From: Curvularia clavata
Taxonomy: Eukaryota
Direction: 5' to 3'
DNA length: 64,000 nucleotides
Assembly: GCA_023920165.1 (NCBI GenBank)
Contig: CP089274.1
Coordinates: 5,456,001 to 5,520,000, forward strand
The position numbers and the translations under genes were made by a program. The first letter of the stretch is position 1. Each line of letters begins with the position of its first letter. Shown here piece by piece: positions 1-11,864 of the stretch. Under the pieces are notes generated by a model. The model did not search any database. It was given only the letters and a program-made list of their open reading frames with translations, and was not told the DNA's origin.

Positions 1-3000
1 TGCTGGTCGACCTACTTGCTTCCAAGAAGATCACTGAGACTCTTTTCACGCCTACCCTTTTCTCTGCTGTTCTTGCACGACATCAGGCGCTGAGCACTCG
101 GTTACCGAACTTAAAGACGGTGTGGCTCAACGGCGAAGTAGTGACGACCGATCTTGCACGCCGTGGTATTAAGGCCCTGCCCAACACTCGCTTGCTCAAT
201 GTCTACAGTGCATGTGAGACACACGAGATAGCCTGTGGCGACATCAAGGACATGCTTGATAAGATTGACCAGAATGCTGCATATTGCCCAGTAGGGCCGC
301 CGCTCATTGACAGGAAGTACATTTACATTTTGGATGAAAGCGGCCAGAAAGTAGAAGACGGCGAAAATGGCGAGCTCTGCGTCGGTGGACATCTGCTTGC
401 TCGAGGATACCTTAATCTTCCAGAAACTACAGAAAAAGCCTTCATCAAGAACCCGTACAGCTCCAAGGTCGGTGCTAGAATGTACAGGACTGGTGACAAA
501 GCGCGTATGCTTCCCAATGGCCTACTCGAAATCACCGGACGTGTCGGCGCTATGATTAAGATCCGTGGATACTCGGTGGTTCCAGGCAAAGTTGAGAATG
601 CAATCCTTAGCCATTTGGCCGTCAGCCATTGTGCTGTGATCGCTTATGGGGAAGGCATCGACCGACAATTGGTGGCATATATTGTACGAGACAAGAACAC
701 ATCAGCAGAACGCCCAGAAGTCGAGATCGACAGAACTGGACGCAGCGCGACTGCCAGGCGCATGCTTATGGCATATCTTGCTCATTACATGATACCTGCC
801 TTGTGGGTGGAAATGGACGAGCTACCAACAAGCGATGTTTCTGGAAAGGTCAACCTCAAGGCTTTACCCCCTCCAAGACCCGCCTCACCTTCAGGAAGCG
901 CACGTAAGTATGAGCAGAGTCCGATCACTATCGAGCAGATAACCCAGATCTGGGCATCGATTTTGAATGTCAGCACGAGCTCCATCACTCCTGAATACAA
1001 CTTCTTCGACCTCGGCGGCCATTCACTTCTACTTGCCGACCTGGCGGCGCGTCTGTCGAACACTTTCGGTTTTCGGGTGCCCGTCGCCCGTCTCGCTCAA
1101 CCTGCAACACTGAATGGACACCTGGACACGGTTCGAGCTATACGAGATGGTCACACTGCCGAGGTGCAAGAGAATCTCCCAGCCGTATTGCGTGCAGACT
1201 CCGTCTTGGACAAGGAGATCCAGCCACAAAGCGCCAAAATATGTGCACTCAAAGATGCGAAGACTGTGCTTCTTACAGGTGTTACTGGTTTCTTGGGTGC
1301 TTTCCTTCTGCGCGACTTGCTGGAAAGCACATCTGCTCAAATCGTCTGTATGGTTCGATTTTCTGATTCTTCGCAAGATGACATTCCAGCCGGTATTGCC
1401 CGAATACGTAGGAATTTACTCGACTTTGGCCTCTGGAGCGACAGCATCATGGAACGTGTAGAGATTCTTCCAGGAAACTTGTCTCGCAAGCGCTTCGGTC
1501 TCGCACCAGACACATTCAAGGAGTTGGCTGAGCGCATCGATGTTATCGTTCACGCTGCCGCTACTGTCAACTTGGTGTACCCTTATGCTGCATTGCAAAA
1601 GCCCAACGTTGGCGGTACTCGGGAAGTTCTACGTCTTGCAGCTCAGGGCGGTGCGACGGTACAACACATCTCTACGAACGGAGTGCTATTGCCCGCAAAG
1701 AGCCGGGAGGGATGGCCAGAAGATGCAATGCTTGGTGTTGACGACGTTGTTAAGCTTGCCGATGGTTACGGACAAACCAAATGGGTCGCGGAACAACTTG
1801 TTTTGGAGGCTGGCCGGAGGGGTATTCCCGTCAAAATTCATCGTCTGGGTACTATCAGCGGTCACAGCGAGACAGGTGCTGCCAATGCCTGGGATCTGCT
1901 AACAGCTTTGATTGTCGAGTCTATTAGGATTGGCCATTACCCGGACGTTGAAGGTTGGCGTGCAGAAATGACACCAGTCGACTTTGTTAGCAAAGCTATT
2001 ATCCACCTTAGCAACCAGACTGAAACTGAGCAAAGCGTCTTCCATATCGGCGACCCTAACCCGGTAGATGTTAGCCAGGTCTTTGAGGATCTCAATGAAC
2101 TAGGCTATCCCACCAAGCCTATGGAGTTTACAAAATGGGTTCAGCTCTGGGATGAAAAGCGAGGCTCTGCCAAGGGAGGTGACGGTGCTTTCACTGTCGA
2201 TATCCTTCGCAGCGGTATGCCCAGCATTGAATTCCTGAGGGATGTTGTCGTGCTGGATAACTCGAAGACACGACCTCTTCGACTCGCTGTGGAGCGCCCG
2301 AAGGTTGACCGAGTACTTCTTGAGACATACACACGTCACTGGTACGCTCGAGGCTGGCTTCCAAAGCCTCCTGTCCTTCAGGATGCCACAGGTGGTTCGG
2401 CAAGGCTTCCTCGAAGGGGCCCGTTATTCGGCAAGGTCGTTGTCGTCATGGGCGCTTCGTCTGGAATTGGTGCCGCTACCGCTACTGCTCTTGCACGAGA
2501 AGGTTGCCATGTTGCGCTTGCAGCACGTCGCCTTGAAGCGCTCGAAGATCTGAAGAAGCGCATAGTGGTTCGCGAAGGCAAGATCATTACCCAAAAAACC
2601 GACGTTACGGACAAGAGCCAAGTTGAAGCACTCGTAGCAGCAGCAGAGAAGCAGCTTGGACCAGTCGACATCTTTGTCAATGTCTCAGGAGTTATGTACT
2701 TCACCATGATGGCCAACGCGTATACCGACCAATGGAATCAGACCGTTGACGTGAACTGCAAGGGACTTTTGAACGTCATCTCATCCATCGTACCCTCGAT
2801 GCTCAAGCGCGGAAAGGGCCACCTTCTCGCCATCTCCTCAGATGCTGGGCGCAAGGTCTTCCCTGGATTGGGCGTCTACTCTGCTTCCAAGTTCTTCGTG
2901 GAGGCTACACTGCAGAGTCTCAGGCTTGAGACTGCTGGTACAGGGCTGAAGGTCACGTCTATACAGCCGGGCAATGTCTCGACTGACCTGCTAGGCATGA

Positions 3001-3158
3001 GTACGGATCCCGAGGCATTGAAGAAGTACGGCGAGCCTAGTGGAGCCAAGGTCCTTGATGCAGAGGATGTTGCCGAGAGCATCGTGTATGCGCTTAAGCA
3101 GCCGGATCATGTCAGTGTCAACGAGGTCCTTATTGAGCCTAGGGACGAGCCGATCTAG
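1..3158 (+). CDS. NRPS-like A-T-R-R reductase (glycine betaine reductase ATRR type); 5' end lies outside the window
   Basis: Frame is open from base 3 (LVDLLASKKITETLFTPT...WLNGE). A-domain motifs YRTGD and GRxxxMIKIRG; T-domain FFDLGGHSL; thioester reductase TGVTGFLG...YGQTK; second C-terminal SDR GASSGIG...YSASK; stop at 3158. Confidence 0.9.
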   Translation, partial: LVDLLASKKITETLFTPTLFSAVLARHQALSTRLPNLKTVWLNGEVVTTDLARRGIKALPNTRLLNVYSACETHEIACGDIKDMLDKIDQNAAYCPVGPPLIDRKYIYILDESGQKVEDGENGELCVGGHLLARGYLNLPETTEKAFIKNPYSSKVGARMYRTGDKARMLPNGLLEITGRVGAMIKIRGYSVVPGKVENAILSHLAVSHCAVIAYGEGIDRQLVAYIVRDKNTSAERPEVEIDRTGRSATARRMLMAYLAHYMIPALWVEMDELPTSDVSGKVNLKALPPPRPASPSGSARKYEQSPITIEQITQIWASILNVSTSSITPEYNFFDLGGHSLLLADLAARLSNTFGFRVPVARLAQPATLNGHLDTVRAIRDGHTAEVQENLPAVLRADSVLDKEIQPQSAKICALKDAKTVLLTGVTGFLGAFLLRDLLESTSAQIVCMVRFSDSSQDDIPAGIARIRRNLLDFGLWSDSIMERVEILPGNLSRKRFGLAPDTFKELAERIDVIVHAAATVNLVYPYAALQKPNVGGTREVLRLAAQGGATVQHISTNGVLLPAKSREGWPEDAMLGVDDVVKLADGYGQTKWVAEQLVLEAGRRGIPVKIHRLGTISGHSETGAANAWDLLTALIVESIRIGHYPDVEGWRAEMTPVDFVSKAIIHLSNQTETEQSVFHIGDPNPVDVSQVFEDLNELGYPTKPMEFTKWVQLWDEKRGSAKGGDGAFTVDILRSGMPSIEFLRDVVVLDNSKTRPLRLAVERPKVDRVLLETYTRHWYARGWLPKPPVLQDATGGSARLPRRGPLFGKVVVVMGASSGIGAATATALAREGCHVALAARRLEALEDLKKRIVVREGKIITQKTDVTDKSQVEALVAAAEKQLGPVDIFVNVSGVMYFTMMANAYTDQWNQTVDVNCKGLLNVISSIVPSMLKRGKGHLLAISSDAGRKVFPGLGVYSASKFFVEATLQSLRLETAGTGLKVTSIQPGNVSTDLLGMSTDPEALKKYGEPSGAKVLDAEDVAESIVYALKQPDHVSVNEVLIEPRDEPI

Positions 3159-3670
3159 AGACGGTCAAATGGATCAAGCTTTCGATGATCCTATGATCGG
3201 AGGCCTTTCTGAAAATGTTTTATTGTACATCAGTAGAGAAATGTAGACTTAGCTGGGTAGATAATGAACTTTCTATGACAACATGCAGTTTTACTGATTC
3301 TGGTATTCAGTATATGAGGCCAATAATCTACAAGCGACCTTGGAGTATCTTGGATCTCGCCTTTTTTGTTTGTTTTGAGTTCGAGTTCTATACACCAATG
3401 CTAGAAGAAAGGTTGTCGTTACTGTGGTGATGAGGGATCAGAGGTCTGCTACATGAGAACTCAAGTTTACAAATTCGATTATCAGACTTATGTCTTCTTT
3501 CAACGTCAGGTCTGACGATAACTAGCTGACTGGATGACAACAAGTTGAGGTTCATTGGACGTCCACCAAAACTCGGGGTTATGCAGTAGAAATCGCGCTA
3601 GTGTCTTGGCAGTCGTCAATGCAACATTTCGCGGAACATCTGCTACACTTCAACAGTACACTCCAACAAC

Positions 3671-4633
3671 ATGACAGACACATCCAAAGTAGACGAAGAG
3701 GTGCCTGCCGCTATTACGTCTGGGAAAATGGAAGAAGGATCCTCTATCACTACTGCGCCGGCGCAAACTAAAGCAGACGAAGCAACATCCTCGACCACTG
3801 CGAATACCAACGAAACATCAACGGAAATCGCACCAACAGACCAAGAATCTACCCCGAAAGAAGATGTAGTTTCTACTTCGGAAACACCATCTGATCCCAA
3901 AGCCGCTTTCGCCGCGCGAATGGCACGTTTCAAGGCGCTCCAGGCGCAAAAAGCCAGTGGTCGAAAGGCCACAGAACGCGAAGTCCGCGACGCCGAAGAT
4001 CGCAGTGCGCGTCTTGCACAGATTTCCAAGCTCAGCGCTGCGCATGACAAAGCCTCGTACAAGCTGCTCAAATCCGAAGACCCTGATTTCGAGCGCAAGA
4101 GAAACTGGGACTACACAATCGAAGAGAGCGAGAGTTGGGACAAGCGGTTGAAGAAGAAGGCGAAGAACAGGGAGGGCGTTGCATTCGCCGACTACAGAAA
4201 TGAGGCGAACAAGGTGTACAAGCGCCAAATTGGGCAGATGAATAAAGTGGACATGGAGGCATACGCAGAGGAAAAAGCGCGAAAGTTACAGTCACAGGTT
4301 TCCTCTGGTTTGCTCCAGTTGGTGGAGACCGATGCGGGGGAGATCTACACAGTGGACAGTCAAGGGCGGATAAACACTCCAGTCGAGGAAGCGTATAGCC
4401 ACGACCACAAGCCCAGCAAGGAAGCAGTGGATAGGCTGGTCGAGGACCTGGAGAAGAGCGAGCGCGCACGAATGAAGGCGCGTGCGGCGAGAGGAATACG
4501 CGACGAGCAAGATATGGGTGATGTCACGTACATCAACCAGAAGAACAAGCAGTTCAACGACAAGCTCGCTCGTTTCTACAATAGGTATACGACGGAGATA
4601 CGGGAGAGCTTCGAGCGGGGAACAGCTATATAA
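3671..4633 (+). CDS. SYF2: Pre-mRNA splicing factor Syf2 (NineTeen complex)
   Basis: 320-aa ORF with WDYTIEESESWDKR and DVTYINQKNKQFNDKLARFYNRYTTEIRESFERGTAI, the characteristic SYF2 C-terminus. Confidence 0.92.
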   Translation: MTDTSKVDEEVPAAITSGKMEEGSSITTAPAQTKADEATSSTTANTNETSTEIAPTDQESTPKEDVVSTSETPSDPKAAFAARMARFKALQAQKASGRKATEREVRDAEDRSARLAQISKLSAAHDKASYKLLKSEDPDFERKRNWDYTIEESESWDKRLKKKAKNREGVAFADYRNEANKVYKRQIGQMNKVDMEAYAEEKARKLQSQVSSGLLQLVETDAGEIYTVDSQGRINTPVEEAYSHDHKPSKEAVDRLVEDLEKSERARMKARAARGIRDEQDMGDVTYINQKNKQFNDKLARFYNRYTTEIRESFERGTAI

Positions 4634-4841
4634 CGGGGAAAGAGATGAAAGAAATAGTTTTTATACCCTAACATGTTACATTCGAGAGCTGGCGTTATCT
4701 GGACATGAGCGCATTAGGGATTTGGCGTCACTCTTTTTCTTCATGGTAAATAGATGGATCCCGATACTCCTCACTAATCTATGCTGATGGTTTGGGATAT
4801 CAATTATTGCTGCTTTCTGACTGGATATCACATGTCCCCGT

Positions 4842-5855
4842 TTACATCATACTACTCAGCACCCTGTTCACGTCCTGTCCTGGCTCAGGCTTCTTCATAG
4901 CCTTACTTGTAGCCGTGTGTTGCGAGAACTCCAGCCTGCCCTTTCTCCTCTTGGGCTTGTCTGCCGCTTCCGGTGCCACGTCAGCTACCTCAGCACCAGT
5001 TTCGCCGCCATCTACATCCTCTCCTCGCTTCCTTCGTGTAGCCTCGATTCCACTGACCATCTTCCCGCGCTCCACATTTTCCAAGAACGCCTTGTTCTCC
5101 TTCTTGCCCTGCGCAATTTCAAATCTGAGTCTTGCTGCGCGCTCCGCATTTTCGTTCTGGATCTGCTCGACAAGATTGTGCCACTTAACTCCGCTCAGGT
5201 ACCGGATATTCCACACTTCGTCATGCCACCTGCCCCTCTTCTTGCCACCCATGGTCTGCGCATTGAGGTTCTCCGCTACGAATTTGGCGTCGCGCTTGTG
5301 TATGAATTCTACCCAGCCGTCAAGGAAGAGTTTGCGACGTGTGCCGCCATTGCGCAACCGTTGTGTACGGGATGTTGATGATTCTGGCGTGAGGAAAATG
5401 CGGCCGACGGCTCCATAGGGCTGTAATAGCGAACGAAGAACGGCAGGTTTCATGAAGGGGGGAACACGCGAGAGGTAAATTACACCCGACTTGTCTTTCT
5501 TGAGGGAGGACTGGGGTAGCACTTTGCCGAGTTTTGTGGTCTGCAGTTTCAGTTCGGAGGGGAGCGATGCGGCGAGTTTTTCGAGGTGAGCCAGTTCTGC
5601 GCTCTTGGAAGCAAAGTGTTTGGGCTCGTCGTCGTCGTCTTCGTCGTCTTCTGCGTTCTTGCCATCATCGCTATGGGATTCAAAGTCCTCGTCTCCGTCC
5701 TCGTGATCGTTTTCTGCTTCTGAATCATGGTCTGTTTTTTGGCGCTTTGATGCTGGAAGCATGCGCGCTCTGCTCTCTTCTTCCGAATCATAGCCCCTCT
5801 CGTCGTCTTCACTCTCTTCCACGTCGAGGTACTCATTTCGTTTGCGCGTCGCCAT
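4842..5855 (-). CDS. ESF2: Pre-rRNA processing protein Esf2 (ABT1 family, RRM)
   Basis: GVIYLSRVPPFMKP, GWVEF, LNAQTMGGKK..WHDEVWNIRYL motifs; acidic N-terminus; first true ATG (MATRKR) at 5855. Confidence 0.92.
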   Translation of the reverse strand: MATRKRNEYLDVEESEDDERGYDSEEESRARMLPASKRQKTDHDSEAENDHEDGDEDFESHSDDGKNAEDDEDDDDEPKHFASKSAELAHLEKLAASLPSELKLQTTKLGKVLPQSSLKKDKSGVIYLSRVPPFMKPAVLRSLLQPYGAVGRIFLTPESSTSRTQRLRNGGTRRKLFLDGWVEFIHKRDAKFVAENLNAQTMGGKKRGRWHDEVWNIRYLSGVKWHNLVEQIQNENAERAARLRFEIAQGKKENKAFLENVERGKMVSGIEATRRKRGEDVDGGETGAEVADVAPEAADKPKRRKGRLEFSQHTATSKAMKKPEPGQDVNRVLSSMM

Positions 5856-6177
5856 TGCTATCCGTGTTTGAGCTGTTCGAGACTTCCAGAATCTTGTGAC
5901 GATTATTGATTGCAATCAACACTGTTGTAAGCAGATATGATGCGATGTATCAACCAATCTCAAGACACTCAGTTGAATCTTTTGCGGAGAACTCGCGGAG
6001 GTGAACTTTTGAGTGGGGCCTGGCTTAGCGCGTCTTGGCACCCTGCCACCCATCATTGTCCAACTTCTATCATCCTTTCATCTACAATCACCTACAGCCT
6101 CCCACAAATACATATAAAGAACCGTAAACCAGACCAAACCCAATACACCACGCGCGCTTCATACACCCACCGCAGTC

Positions 6178-7293
6178 ATGGGTGGCGATCTCAACCTAAA
6201 AAAGTCATGGCACCCACATCTTCGCAAGAATCAGGAACGGGTGTGGAAGGAAGAGAAGGCAGCACTCGAGGAGCGCAAGCTGATCGACAAGCTTCGAAGA
6301 GAACGAGAGGAAGAAGCTGCGCTTGAAGAGCTCCAAAAACTACAAGCAGAGTCTGGCGGCAAGGTCGTACAACGAAGGGTTGATTGGATGTACGCAGGCC
6401 CTAGTGGCGATGCTGGCATCACAGAAGAGCGCGAAGGCTACCTTCTGGGCAAGCGCCGGATCGACAATCTACTCAAATCCAACGAAACGCAAAGTCTCCA
6501 AAAAGGTGCAGCAGTCGGGATCGGTGCTATTGGCGAATCTACTTCCACCGTAAACAATACTCGCGATACCCAAAAGAAAGTCCTCCAAGATCCTCTTCTC
6601 ATGATACAGAAGCAGAAGATGGAGATGCAGCTCAAAGCGATGAAGGACGCCCAAAAGGAAGCCAAGTACGCTGAAAAGCGTGAGAAGGAGAAGGAACGCG
6701 AGAGAAGGCATCGGCATAGGGACAGAGATGGCAGCAGGGATCGGGACCACAAGCATCGTAGCCGGCACAATCGGTCGCGCTCGCCGCGTAGAAGCGAGGA
6801 TCGTGGGCATCGTCGCGAACATCACAGTCACAGGAGGCGGTCGAGGTCGCGATCCCGATCACGTTCGCCATATCACAGGCATAGCAGCCGTAGAGACCGT
6901 ACGCGTTCACCCAGGAGAGATGACCGAAGGGATGATCGTAGAGACGACCGCAGAGATGACCGAAGAGATGACCGCAGGGACATTCGCGATCGCAACCGAA
7001 GGCGCGATCGCACACCTCCCAGGAAACAACTGGATGATTCTGAAGCCCGCCAAAGTGCAGCCGATCGTCTAGCTAGTATGCAAGCAGAGGCAGCATCATT
7101 GGAGGAACAGCGGGCTGAGCGAGTCCGGCAACAAGAGATCAAAGATGCCGAGGAGGAGGAGGAGAAGCACAAGCAGAACATGGATGGGGGGCGACGTTTC
7201 ATATCCAATGTTCGTGGCCAAGCCTCGAATATGGATTTGGGCGATGCTATTGCGCGCGGACGTCATAATTTGAGGGCAGAGGTTGATGCTTAA
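6178..7293 (+). CDS. CWC25: Pre-mRNA splicing factor Cwc25
   Basis: N-terminal [13 protein letters not shown] (CIR_N), [17 protein letters not shown] motifs, followed by an RS/RD-rich tail. Confidence 0.93.
   Translation: MGGDLNLKKSWHPHLRKNQERVWKEEKAALEERKLIDKLRREREEEAALEELQKLQAESGGKVVQRRVDWMYAGPSGDAGITEEREGYLLGKRRIDNLLKSNETQSLQKGAAVGIGAIGESTSTVNNTRDTQKKVLQDPLLMIQKQKMEMQLKAMKDAQKEAKYAEKREKEKERERRHRHRDRDGSRDRDHKHRSRHNRSRSPRRSEDRGHRREHHSHRRRSRSRSRSRSPYHRHSSRRDRTRSPRRDDRRDDRRDDRRDDRRDDRRDIRDRNRRRDRTPPRKQLDDSEARQSAADRLASMQAEAASLEEQRAERVRQQEIKDAEEEEEKHKQNMDGGRRFISNVRGQASNMDLGDAIARGRHNLRAEVDA
6915..6985 (+). repeat. Coding 12-nt tandem repeat encoding (RRDD)n in CWC25
   Basis: About five degenerate copies of CGNAGRGAYGAY translating to RRDD. 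Confidence 0.8.
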
Positions 7294-7594
7294 GATTATT
7301 AGGAGGATAGAAGGTTCGTGATCATATTTTCGTGAATAAACTGAAAGTAAATTGATACCCCAGTGAGATATCTTCGCTAGCATTATAATAAATTTGATGT
7401 TGGAAGTAGTTTACAAGTCGAGGAACAGCAGCCTCGAAGCTACAAAAATCTGTTCTTGTGCCGTCTAATTCCTGACACACGACCAGTATGATTTTTTACT
7501 GTTAATTGGAAAATAAGAGGAGGCCTGCCCCCAACTGCTCTCTCAATCAGCGTACATACCACCAATAGCACCCGGATCTTGAATACACGGGGAA

Positions 7595-8789
7595 CTAGCG
7601 ACTTTCGTTCCAGCCAAGGTTTGGTCCAAATAGCTCGTCCATGCTGTCGCTGTTTTCTTTCCCTCTTTTCGCATCCCGAACACTGTACGATCGAGTCACC
7701 GCGATTTGATGGTGCGCCTTGTTGACCTGTCTACTTGCCCCTTGCTCCGGGTCTGTGTTATGCAGCTCCAATCTCTGCCCGGCGTTTCGCAACTTTAACA
7801 TCTTGAGCTTTCCAACTCCAGAGCTACTTCCGCTTCCATTCCTGCTCGAGAAAGACAGTATGCATGGCATGTGCTTTTGGATAAAAGGCTTCAAGAGCGC
7901 TGTACATACGCAGATGACACCGCCATTGAGTTCAATCGTGGAGAAGATGCATGCTTTGGCTACATTGTAGGTTGAATCGGGATCGCTGATCATACTGTAG
8001 ACGTAGATGATACGAACCATTGAGATGACGACCACGCTGGCCAAGTCAGCATAGAACCATGCATAGACGATGAGTGCGCAAGTTCACTTACCCGGATCCG
8101 ACCCCAAAGACCATTCCTAACAAGACTTTTTGTTTCATCGGAAGCTGCAGGGCGCGTAACATTGGTAACGGCAGACATAAGATCAGAAAGTCTGTGATGA
8201 TGTTGATGCATGCCATGAAGAGATTGAGATCCGTGAGACATTTTTGGTCCTTATGATGTTGCGGGTTGCACGGGCCGGCGGCGACAATGGTGATCGCAAG
8301 TGAGTATCCAAATACCAGGCCGGCTAATGCGTAGATACAGGTACGAGCTTTATAATCTGGGTTGAGGCGATGATAGAGTGCCAGCAACGAGAGCTTTGCT
8401 AGTGCTGGTGTCCAGACGTACACTACCATTATTGCAACCAGCATTTTAGTCCAGACCATGAGTTGTTCCATGGAGACGTTCCATATGTGCTGACCGAGGC
8501 CGTACTGAAACGCTTGAGGTCTGTTAGTTGAAATCTGCGAATGAGTGCCATAGACAATACATTGAAGACACAGTACCATCCATGCCACACAACCTAACCA
8601 ACTGAGAGCGACCAGCACATCATCCAGTCCCGTCAAACGACGAATGAATATGCGAGTATAAAGTCGTAATCCGAGAACCATGGTGGAAATAGCCGTCATG
8701 ACCGAATACACCACGATCATTCTGCTTTGGAGTTCAGTCCTCCCATGAGATACTGGCGGGATGCCCGCTCCTGTTGTGTCGGAACTCAT
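7595..8789 (-). CDS. PTH11-like/rhodopsin-domain 7TM integral membrane protein (no CFEM domain)
   Basis: LRLYTR..GLDD, GLGQHIW, AKLSLLALYHRL, NIITDFLILCLPLP.L..LQLP..QK, IELNGGVICVC motifs. Introns about 8513-8560 and 8037-8091 (GT...AG on minus strand). Confidence 0.85.
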
Positions 8790-9985
8790 CACACCAAAAC
8801 GGATTTTGAGGATTGTGAGAAAAAGACGAGTGTTCGAAGAGGTGAATCATGAAAGAGTCGAGTCGTACCCCGGATCTGCGGCGGACTTATCTTTGCGAGG
8901 AGTTTGGGTGACCGGACCAGGGATATGGGCACTGTGGAACAAAGAGGAGCATATCTCATGCAACACTGCATACTCAACAGTGGAACCATAAGCCGCAGCG
9001 CTTCTCAAGCCGGTTACGGGTGGGCGCCCCTTCTACCATTTTTTCCCTTCAAGAACTTCGCAAGGCACTAGACAATCTCTCCACGGAAAAGCAAGAAAAA
9101 AACACGAAGTGCACATCATGCGCACTTGGCTCTGCCTGGTCCCCGCACACTTGTGCGCCTTGTGGCTGAACGCCGCGGATACCTGCGTTTGTGCTTAGAG
9201 AGGCTAAGCGTTGGATAAGCTGTAGGGATACCAAAGGGATGCCTAAGATGGGGCAACGGCTAGTTTATCGAGATTACATATCATGGGCTGAAGCAAGCGT
9301 CCAGCTGCTCCACCCTGCCATGCTGTCCAATAACACGATTTTCGGACATTCGGTATTACAGGAGGACGAGACGAGTTTGGGACCGCTAGAAAATCTCGCG
9401 ATTATCGACAAGTTGCGAGTCTGGCCAAAATGGGCCTCGCATCAAGTCGCTAGGGTATTCTACGTGATGTTGTGTGATAGTGTACGACGAAATGCGGCAA
9501 TACATCGCTTGTAGCGATTACCTATGTGGGTCGGCGGCAACGCAGAGGTATATGGAAATATGCCTGTTATGGAAAACACTAACACCACCATGCGGACTAA
9601 CGAGCAAACAGCCTAGCAGTATGGCTTGGATCCCGGCTCGACTGTCGGGAAGCCCGACTAACGTCTTATATACAAGCTGCCTCCATGTGCGACTCTTGTT
9701 TGCGGAGCAAATAGGTTACATCTTCTCCTCTCCCACGTTTCGTACAACCGACCACCGTCCTGGATCTGTTCAGCGGCGGATTCTGAATTTATCCACGGGT
9801 AATTTTGTCTGTGCTCATGAAATTGCAACACGCTAATCGTACCTGAGCGGAGTGAGGGGCCCCAAGTTACAGAAGGGGGTGGCTTCAGATCTTCGCCTTG
9901 CTTTTTCGCGGTCGTCACTGCATCGCTCAATCCACCTTGAGATCATCAGTGCCGCGGGCGACTGGAAGTCCTTGCACAAAAGACG

Positions 9986-11665
9986 ATGGACTCCATACCT
10001 CCTTTAGTTTTCGTGTTTGCACCGCTGTCGGCTGTTATCCTGCACGAGTATGTCCTGCGACGAGTAGAGGTTGACCATCTGGCCCTACCAATAATTGGCT
10101 CAGCGCTTGCTACCTACTGCATTCTTATATACTACACGGGTTGCATCGCGGCAACACTAGCGACGAGCCTATTTTGGGTACCGTTATGGCTGTACATAGG
10201 TGCATATCGTGCATTCTTCCATCCCTTGAAAGACTACCCTGGGCCGTTTGGGGCGAAGCTCTCGCGATGGTGGACGATTAAACAGATATGGGATAGTGAT
10301 CTGCATTACTACAGGTTACTGCAACGGTTGCAAGCTGAATACGGGGACTATGTGAGGACTGGTCAGTCAACAATTGGTACATTGTTCAACTGGAATGCTG
10401 ATCAAGTGTAGGGCCACGCGAACTCACTATATTCGATGCCGATGCGATCCAGCCTATCCTCGGAGCTCAGTCAAAAACCACTAAAGGGCCATTTTTTGAC
10501 GTCATGGAGAAGTCTCTGCATCTGAATCGTGATAAGGCTTTTCATCGCCAGAGACGCCGAGTCTGGGATACTGCGTTCAAGGTATCCCTCTCCACATACG
10601 CCCCAAAGGTTGAACACTTTACAGATCAATTTCTCGAAAGACTTCGTAAGGAGGAAGGAAACCCTATCACTCTGCTACAATATACAGCATACTACAGCTA
10701 TGATACAATGGCAGCACTGGCTTTTGGTAAGCCCATGGGCTTTATCAAGGGCGAGCAGAGTGACGTAGCCGCCAGCATCCTTGCCACGTTTACGAATAGT
10801 GTACAAGCCCTGGGTTACATGTACCACATGCCATGGCTCATGAATACGATTGGCGTTCTCACCTCCTTTGCTGGACCCATGAAGGAATGGAGAGACTGGA
10901 GCGTCAGCCAGATGCGCGAACGCATGAAAGTAAGTACTTTTCCAACGATGATCTTCAGACCCATCCCTTACATTCTCATAGGTTCAAGACGCAAAACCCG
11001 ACTTGATTTCTCATTTGATGGCCTCTACTCCCAAAAATGCAGAAGGCCGTGAACTACTTTTCGGTGAATCACGCCTCATCATTTCCGCCGGCAGCGAAAC
11101 AACATCGAGCGCCTTGACCTTTATCTTCATGCGCCTTGCCACACGCCCGCACTACATGGCTGCCGTGCGCGCCGAGTTTCTCGCCAACATACACAACTAC
11201 GACTGCCAGCGCCCTCTGCCACTGCTCGAAGCCGTCATCCTAGAGTCACTGCGGATATCGCCCTCTGTCTTTTTTGGCTCTCAGCGCGTCACACCACCCG
11301 AAGGCATGGAAATCAATGGAAATTTCATCCCAGGAAACATGCTTGTGCAGATTCCTCTTTTCCCACTGTTCCATGATCCACGTAACTTTGTTTCGCCGAA
11401 TGAGTTTATCCCAGAGCGTTGGACTACTAGGCCGGAGCTCGTACTCAACAGACACGCATTCATTCCTTTCTCTACTGGTCCATATAACTGTGCGGGTAAG
11501 GCGCTAGCGATGATGGAGCTAAGAAGTGTGGTAGGCAGGGTGATCGCGGAGTTTGACGTAGTGCTGGACGAGGGGACTGACGTAAACGCTTACTGGGAGG
11601 GTATCAAGGATCATTTTACGGCAGGGCCACCGAAAATGATGGCAAGATTTATCAAGGCGAGTTAA
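9986..11665 (+). CDS. Cytochrome P450 monooxygenase
   Basis: N-terminal TM segments then HPLKDYPGP; I-helix AGSETT; ESLR; PERW; heme motif FSTGPYNCAG. Introns 10362-10411 and 10930-10981 join three ORF pieces in frame. Confidence 0.92.
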
Positions 11666-11864
11666 CAGAAGGGTATGAGAGTATCGGTTCTAATGCGATA
11701 ATGAAGTTATGAGGCTGGGAATGCGGCGAACAGGTAGACTATTTTACTGGATAATGAAGGACGTATTCGCGGTCAGACTATTCAAGTTATTACAAGATAT
11801 ATTCGCTAATAACACATACACGCCGAATTACTTCAAACATACTCTGCGCCTTCGTCCAATTGTC

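Noticed and set aside
6915..6985. Short direct repeats as a CRISPR-like or mobile repeat
   Set aside because: They encode RRDD in frame within CWC25, have no spacers, and the context is eukaryotic.
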